A stretch of 32,987 nucleotides of DNA from Hyphomicrobiales bacterium (GTDB lineage: Bacteria > Pseudomonadota > Alphaproteobacteria > Rhizobiales > Rhizobiaceae): assembly GCA_015654965.1 (NCBI GenBank), contig JAATGD010000145.1, forward strand, positions 1-32,987, in the 5' to 3' direction. Under the pieces are notes generated by a model. The model worked only from the letters and a program-made list of their open reading frames with translations, made no database searches and was not told where the DNA came from. The position numbers and the translations under genes were made by a program. Position 1 is the stretch's first letter. Each line of letters starts with the position of its first letter. Positions 27,986 to 32,987 of the stretch are shown here, in pieces.

Positions 27986-28085
27986 AGCGCGTTTCAATCT
28001 GATTGAATCAGATCGGCGCTCTAAAGATTGTTTAACGCGCATCTTGTCCGAAAACCGTTTCGCACTTTACGGGATGCGTTTCTAG
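27983..28085 (+). repeat. Bru-RS-like palindromic interspersed repeat (103 bp)
   Basis: TAGAGCGC...ATCTGATT-G-AATCAGAT...GCGCTCTA hairpin, then a CGCATC...GATGCG hairpin ending in CTAG. It begins on the lysR TAG stop. Confidence 0.75.
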
Positions 28086-28099
28086 ACCGCCGGTTCTAT

Positions 28100-28966
28100 T
28101 CAAATGGCCGTGCGGCGGGCATTCTCCATATAAAGCGCACGCAAACGCCTGAACATCGGCCCCGCCCCCCCTTCCCCGACAGGCTTGCCATCGATGGACG
28201 TGATCGGCACGATGAAATTCGATGCGCTGGTCAGGCAGGCTTCACGCGCAGCCATTGCTTCTTCGACTGAAAAAGGCCGTTCCTCAATTGTCAGCCCCTG
28301 TTCACGGGCAAGATCAAGCACCGCCAGTCGCGTGCATCCCGGCAGCGTGGCGTGGCTGTTGGCGCGCGTAATGATCTTGTCATCATGGGTGATGATGTAA
28401 GCCGTCGATGACGCGCCTTCGGTGACAAAGCCATCCTCGACCATCCATGCTTCATCGCAACCTTCAGCCTTGGCGATCCGCTTGGCGAGAACCTGCGGCA
28501 ACAGGCAGACGGATTTGATGTCCCGGCGCTCCCATCGCTGGTCTGGCACCACCTTGACCTTCACTCCCTTCTCCACAGCCGCGACATGTTCGAGCGTCTT
28601 TTTCTGCGTGAACAGAATCAGCGTGGGTTCAAGGTCTTCGGAATAGAGAAAATTGCGATCTTCCGCGCCGCGCGTATATTGCAGATAGACCAGACCTTCG
28701 ACCAGATTGTTCTTCTCGACAAGCTGCGTTTCGATCGCAACGATTTCATCGGTGGTGATCGGCAGGCAACCACCGATCTCGCGCACGCTACGCTCCAACC
28801 GCGCCATATGCAGGGGGCTATCGATCAACTTGCCCTCAAGCACGGCAGTGACTTCATAAATACCATCGCCAAACAACAGACCCCGGTCGAAAATCGAGAT
28901 ATGGGCTTCGTTTTCCGGCAAAAAAGAACCGTTCACATAGACGGTGCGGATCGTCTCGGTAGGCAT
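28100..28966 (-). CDS. dat: D-amino acid aminotransferase (PLP fold type IV)
   Basis: DRGLLFGDGIYEV, YLQYTRG, RRDIKS (PLP lysine), TEGASST and LPGCTR. Confidence 0.9.
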   Translation of the reverse strand: MPTETIRTVYVNGSFLPENEAHISIFDRGLLFGDGIYEVTAVLEGKLIDSPLHMARLERSVREIGGCLPITTDEIVAIETQLVEKNNLVEGLVYLQYTRGAEDRNFLYSEDLEPTLILFTQKKTLEHVAAVEKGVKVKVVPDQRWERRDIKSVCLLPQVLAKRIAKAEGCDEAWMVEDGFVTEGASSTAYIITHDDKIITRANSHATLPGCTRLAVLDLAREQGLTIEERPFSVEEAMAAREACLTSASNFIVPITSIDGKPVGEGGAGPMFRRLRALYMENARRTAI

Positions 28967-28986
28967 GAAAACTCCAGTTTTGAATA

Positions 28987-30036
28987 TTATCGACGCTTCA
29001 ACGCGTCGAGGGAAATGGCATGGATGGTCGAGGGTTTTCCGCTCGACGCGTTAAAACCATGTGTGGTGGTCGCCATGGTCAGGGAATTGTAAATCGCTTC
29101 CTCGCTCGCCTCTATGACGGCTTCAAACAGCGGTGAGACGACATCGTTGGAAAGAACCGGATAGTGGGCAATGCCTTTGCGCTGTTCAGGCGTGCGGCGC
29201 ACGTCTTCAGCCGTGGAGAATGCAAGCGCGTAATCGCCGGACCCATTGCTCAGGGCGGCACCTGTCCGGGCCAGTCCTCCGAAACAGCGTTCCGCGAGCC
29301 TGCGCAGATTGCGTGAGCAAAGCGGCGCATCGGTGGCGACAATCATGACGATCGAGCCGTCCTTGTCGTGGATACTTGCGTCGTCGTAAAGCTGTCCGGC
29401 GATGGAAAGCTTGCCGCCATAGTTCGATTGCACCAGCACGCCGAGCGTATAGGATTGCCCCAGGATCGAAACAATGCGCGAACTCGTTCCGATACCACCC
29501 TTCAAGCCGAAGGCTACCGTGCCGGTGCCTGCCCCGACTGCCCCCTCCTCGACGGCTCCCATTTTGGCACCCGTAAGCGCTGCAAGCATTTCATCAACAC
29601 TTGGGCGCATGGCATGAATGTCATTGAGGCGGGAATCATTGGTTTCGCCCACAACTGCATTAAGCGAAACCACGCGTTCATTGCCGGGCTGCTCAAGCGT
29701 ATAGCGATTGATCGCTTCGATAGCCCGCCCAACCGCAAGCGTATTGGTGAGCAGAATCGGTGTTTCGATTTCACCCAGCTCTTGGATCTGCGTGGCACCA
29801 GCGAACTTTCCAAAACCGTTGAATACGGCCAATCCAGCCGGGGCCTTATCCTGAAACAGATTGCCAGGATGCGGCGTGATCGCAGTGACGCCGGTGCGCA
29901 TGCGATCATTTTCATAACAGGTTACATGCCCGACACTCACCCCCGTCACATCGGTAATGGCATTCAGCGCACCGGTTGCATATTGGCCAACTTGTATTCC
30001 AAGATCACGCAAACGAGCACGATTTTCATCGGTCAT
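28987..30036 (-). CDS. DmpA-family (P1/S58) L-aminopeptidase/D-amidase
   Basis: NAITDVTGVSVGH, GVTAI, EEGAVGAGTG, KGGIGTSSR, autocleavage-type site DG/SIV, ATDAP and NGSGD. Start is ATG 30036. Confidence 0.9.
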   Translation of the reverse strand: MTDENRARLRDLGIQVGQYATGALNAITDVTGVSVGHVTCYENDRMRTGVTAITPHPGNLFQDKAPAGLAVFNGFGKFAGATQIQELGEIETPILLTNTLAVGRAIEAINRYTLEQPGNERVVSLNAVVGETNDSRLNDIHAMRPSVDEMLAALTGAKMGAVEEGAVGAGTGTVAFGLKGGIGTSSRIVSILGQSYTLGVLVQSNYGGKLSIAGQLYDDASIHDKDGSIVMIVATDAPLCSRNLRRLAERCFGGLARTGAALSNGSGDYALAFSTAEDVRRTPEQRKGIAHYPVLSNDVVSPLFEAVIEASEEAIYNSLTMATTTHGFNASSGKPSTIHAISLDALKRR

Positions 30037-30220
30037 GAAACAGCCTCTCAACTCCACAATGTTGACAAACTACTTCATCAGCAGGCTGACCGGCACAACA
30101 AAAACGGAATAGTTTCAGACCGGCTTTGCAGAACCTCGTGCAAATTGCGTCGATTTTGAAGAAAATCCTGTAGTTTCAATCCCGCAGCGAATCATTGATG
30201 CGAAGCCAACCAATGTTTAA

Positions 30221-30236
30221 TGTATGATGTCATACA
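30221..30236. promoter_or_regulatory. Candidate FadR/GntR operator upstream of the regulator
   Basis: TGTATGA-TG-TCATACA has perfect 7-bp arms and ends 15 bp before the start codon. A related sequence occurs at 30965-30975. Confidence 0.7.
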
Positions 30237-30251
30237 CCTTGGAGGGCCACT

Positions 30252-30950
30252 ATGAGACGCAGGCGGGACAGTCTGTCTTCGATCGTTGCGAAGGATATCG
30301 CGGAACGTATCGAAAATGGCGAATATGCAGTCGGTGATAAAATCCCGATCGAAGCGCAATTGTGCGAGACATATAATGTCAGCCGTACAGTTGTGCGCGA
30401 AGCCATCGCCTATCTGCGTTCGGAAGGGCTGGTGCAGTCGCGGCAGGGAATCGGCGTCTTCGTGGCCGCACAAGGGGGACTGGTTCTCAAGATCAGCCCG
30501 GAAAAAGCAGGCGAACTTGCCGAAATCCTCGAAATCCTTGAGCTGCGTCTGGGGGTCGAAATCGAAGCTGCGGGGCTTGCAGCCCAGCGCAGGGATGACA
30601 ACAGTCTCGCACGCATCAAGGATGCGCTTGCCCTGTGCGAAGATCTTGATCTTTTTACCGAAAAGCCGCGCGAACTCGATTTCAAGTTTCATATGGCCAT
30701 CGCCGAGGCCACCGGCAACAGCTATATGCCGCGCTTCATGTCCTTCATCGGTCCCGTCATCATCCCCCGCAGCCAGCTTATTCATGCCTCGGTGCCGAAA
30801 ATCACCCGCGATTATCTCGCCAAGATGCTCGACGAGCATCACCGCATTGCTGCAGCCATCAGCGCTGGCAAGGTGAAAGAAGCACGAGAAGCCATGCGCG
30901 TGCATCTCGATGGCAGCCTTGAGCGGTATCGAAAACTGCGTCCTGAATAA
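30252..30950 (+). CDS. GntR-family regulator, FadR subfamily (FCD domain)
   Basis: wHTH GDKIPIEAQLCETYNVSRTVVREAI...QGIGVFV and FCD DFKFHMAIAEATGN...EHHRI...MRVHL. Confidence 0.93.
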   Translation: MRRRRDSLSSIVAKDIAERIENGEYAVGDKIPIEAQLCETYNVSRTVVREAIAYLRSEGLVQSRQGIGVFVAAQGGLVLKISPEKAGELAEILEILELRLGVEIEAAGLAAQRRDDNSLARIKDALALCEDLDLFTEKPRELDFKFHMAIAEATGNSYMPRFMSFIGPVIIPRSQLIHASVPKITRDYLAKMLDEHHRIAAAISAGKVKEAREAMRVHLDGSLERYRKLRPE

Positions 30951-30958
30951 TTTGTCTG

Positions 30959-30988
30959 TTGACAGTCATCATACAATTAAAGTAACCC
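30959..30988 (+). promoter_or_regulatory. Candidate sigma70 promoter of the TRAP operon with an overlapping operator-like site
   Basis: Consensus -35 TTGACA (30959-30964) is followed directly by GTCATCATACA, whose reverse complement matches the 30221 site at 10/11. The -10 element is weak. Confidence 0.55.
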
Positions 30989-31062
30989 ATCCGATGTGTA
31001 GGGAATGCGGAAGAATGAGATCCGGCTAACGGACAACCGCACTTGCGTCAGCAAGCGTCTGC

Positions 31063-31162
31063 AGCTTCGACCCAAAGACCGGAACCTGTTTCTGGCAAGG
31101 CCGATGTGCAGATTCAAATACCAGGAGCAAGCCTTGTGCGCCCGAATGGACACATGGCGCTC
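31063..31162 (-). repeat. Degenerate inverted copy of the 15955-16054 repeat
   Basis: The reverse complement aligns without gaps to 15955-16054 at about 72/100 identity (hand count). The TAG/CTA termini are lost. Confidence 0.75.
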
Positions 31163-31233
31163 CCGGTGGGGAAACAATCGTTCTCTGCGCACCAGGAAGT
31201 ACGTCTGCTTCTGAGGAAACCTGTGGAGGACCA

Positions 31234-31779
31234 GTGGCTTTAATCACTCGGCTTTATCTTTCCACCCTGCGCTGGGTGGTCATCGGCAGCATGATCGGCA
31301 TGCTGTTTCTTATCTTTTCCAATGTCGTCCTGCGCTATGCATTCAGTTCGGGCATTTTTCTTGCGGAAGGTGTTTCAGGGCTGCTGCACGTGTGGATGAC
31401 TTTTGTCGGCGCACTGCTTGTCCTTTATGACAAGGGGCATATCGGCGTGGAAATTCTCGTGCGCCGCCTGCCGGTCATGCTGCAAAGCGCCGCTTTCGCC
31501 ATAACGCATCTGATCATGCTTTATGTGACATGGCTTTTTCTCACCGGCAGCTGGCAGCAGATGATCATCAATCTCCATGTCATCTCGCCCGCAACCCGAC
31601 TGCCGATCGCCATGCTTTACGGGGCTGGCGTGTTCTTTTCCGCCTTCAGCGCCCTCTTTCTGGCAAGCCAGCTGCTCGCGCTCCTTCGCGGCAAGCTCTC
31701 CCGATCCGACCTGATCATCGCCCATGGCGAGGACGAAGAAGAAGCCGAACGACTGATCGCGGAAGGAATGCTGAAATGA
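31234..31779 (+). CDS. dctQ: TRAP transporter small permease
   Basis: Four hydrophobic segments, FSNVVLRYAF, WMTFVGA and HIGVE. GGAGGA RBS before GTG. Confidence 0.88.
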   Translation: MALITRLYLSTLRWVVIGSMIGMLFLIFSNVVLRYAFSSGIFLAEGVSGLLHVWMTFVGALLVLYDKGHIGVEILVRRLPVMLQSAAFAITHLIMLYVTWLFLTGSWQQMIINLHVISPATRLPIAMLYGAGVFFSAFSALFLASQLLALLRGKLSRSDLIIAHGEDEEEAERLIAEGMLK

Positions 31780-32987
31780 CACTTGCCATTTTCACCGGAA
31801 CGCTTCTCGCGGCCATCGCTCTGGGTGGTCCGATTGCCTATGCGCTGATCATCACCGGCGCCGCGCTCATGTGGCAGATGGGCCTGTTCGACGGTCAGAT
31901 CATCGCGCAGAACATCCTCAATTCAGTCGACAATTTCCCCATGATCGCGGTGCCGCTGTTCATTCTGGCTGGCGAGATCATGAATACCGGCGGACTGTCG
32001 CGCCGCATCATCACGCTGGCGCAGTGCCTTGTCGGCCACCGCAAGGGGGGCCTGGGTTTTGTGGTCATCTTTGCCGGCCTCCTGCTTTCAAGCCTTTCGG
32101 GATCTGCGCTGGCCGATGCCGCATCTCTCTCGGCTCTGCTTCTGCCCATGATGGTCGCGGCCGGACACAGCAAGGAGCGCGCGGGCGGACTGATCGCATC
32201 CTCCGCCATCATCGCCCCGATCATTCCGCCCAGCATCGGCTTCATCGTGTTCGGCGTGGCGACCAATCTTTCCATCAGCAAGCTTTTCATGGCGGGCATC
32301 GCGCCCGGTCTCATGATCGCCGTCGCTCTTGCGGTAACGTGGTATTTCATCGCCCGTTCCGAAGATGTCGTCGAGCCGCCAGCGGCAAGCTGGGCCGAAA
32401 CGGGTCGTGCGTTGGTGGACAGCCTCTGGGCGCTGATGCTGCCGGTGATCATCATCGTGGGATTGCGCTTCGGCATCGTGACGCCGACGGAAGCGGCCGC
32501 CGTCGCCGCCATGTATGCGCTGTTTGTCGCCATGTTCATCTATCGAGAACTCTCCATCGCCGATCTGGCGGACATCATTTTTCGCGCGGGAAAAACCTCT
32601 GCCGGTGTGATGTTTCTGGTCGCAGCCGCAGCCGTTCCGGCATGGATGATCAATATCGCCGATATTCCCGGCCAGATCATTACGCTGGTCGAGCCGTTCA
32701 TGGACAACCCGCAATTGCTGGTTTTCGTGCTGATGCTGCTGATCATCGTGGTCGGCACCGCAATGGACCTGACGCCGACCATCCTGCTGCTGGGTCCCAT
32801 TCTGGTGCCGGTGGTGGATGCTGCCGGCGTCGACCCGATCTATTTCGGCGTCCTGTTCATGATCAACTGTGCGATCGGCCTGATCACGCCGCCCGTGGGG
32901 ACGGTGCTCAACGTCGTCTGTGCGGTGGGCAAGATGGACTATGGCGCGCTGGTGCGCGGCAGTTTTCCCTTCTTCCTTGCGGAAACC
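31776..32987 (+). CDS. dctM: TRAP transporter large permease, cut at the 3' end by the window edge
   Basis: Not in the ORF track. Hand translation from ATG 31776 is open to the end, with AVPLFILAGEIMNTGG, SGSALAD, IIPPSI, TPTEAAA and GLITPPVGTVL. ATGA overlap with dctQ. Confidence 0.93.
   Translation, partial: MTLAIFTGTLLAAIALGGPIAYALIITGAALMWQMGLFDGQIIAQNILNSVDNFPMIAVPLFILAGEIMNTGGLSRRIITLAQCLVGHRKGGLGFVVIFAGLLLSSLSGSALADAASLSALLLPMMVAAGHSKERAGGLIASSAIIAPIIPPSIGFIVFGVATNLSISKLFMAGIAPGLMIAVALAVTWYFIARSEDVVEPPAASWAETGRALVDSLWALMLPVIIIVGLRFGIVTPTEAAAVAAMYALFVAMFIYRELSIADLADIIFRAGKTSAGVMFLVAAAAVPAWMINIADIPGQIITLVEPFMDNPQLLVFVLMLLIIVVGTAMDLTPTILLLGPILVPVVDAAGVDPIYFGVLFMINCAIGLITPPVGTVLNVVCAVGKMDYGALVRGSFPFFLAET

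Noticed and set aside
1-32987. CRISPR array, IS, prophage, defence system, tRNA/rRNA or clear pseudogene
   Set aside because: I found no spaced direct repeats and no transposase, integrase or nuclease motifs. Every called gene has an uninterrupted frame, apart from the two cut by the window edges.

Overview
A dense, apparently intact block of nutrient-uptake and catabolic genes from a Rhizobiales genome. It is most likely Brucella/Ochrobactrum, inferred from Bru-RS-like palindromic repeats and gene content. I see no phage, transposase, CRISPR array, rRNA or tRNA. There are five modules. (1) A 2-hydroxyacid dehydrogenase and ArgE-like deacetylase, a GNAT and a LysR, next to a PotABCD-like ABC operon that carries a HAD hydrolase, an FAD amine oxidoreductase and a GMC oxidoreductase. 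(2) An XRE-cupin regulator flanked by two more FAD oxidoreductases, a polar amino acid ABC transporter and a cupin. (3) A polar amino acid ABC transporter with a MmgE/PrpD protein and an NtaA/SnaA-type flavin monooxygenase. (4) A D-amino-acid peptide module: M19 dipeptidase, D-aminopeptidase-like serine hydrolase, LysR, D-amino acid aminotransferase and DmpA-family peptidase. (5) A FadR regulator with a TRAP transporter cut by the window edge. There are three ~100-bp palindromic interspersed repeats. Two supply the stop codon of a regulator and one is a degenerate inverted copy upstream of dctQ. The best leads are that the HAD resembles L-azetidine-2-carboxylate hydrolase (recalled similarity, not a search result) and that module 3 resembles the Bacillus yxe S-(2-succino)cysteine pathway. 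All substrate assignments are inference.
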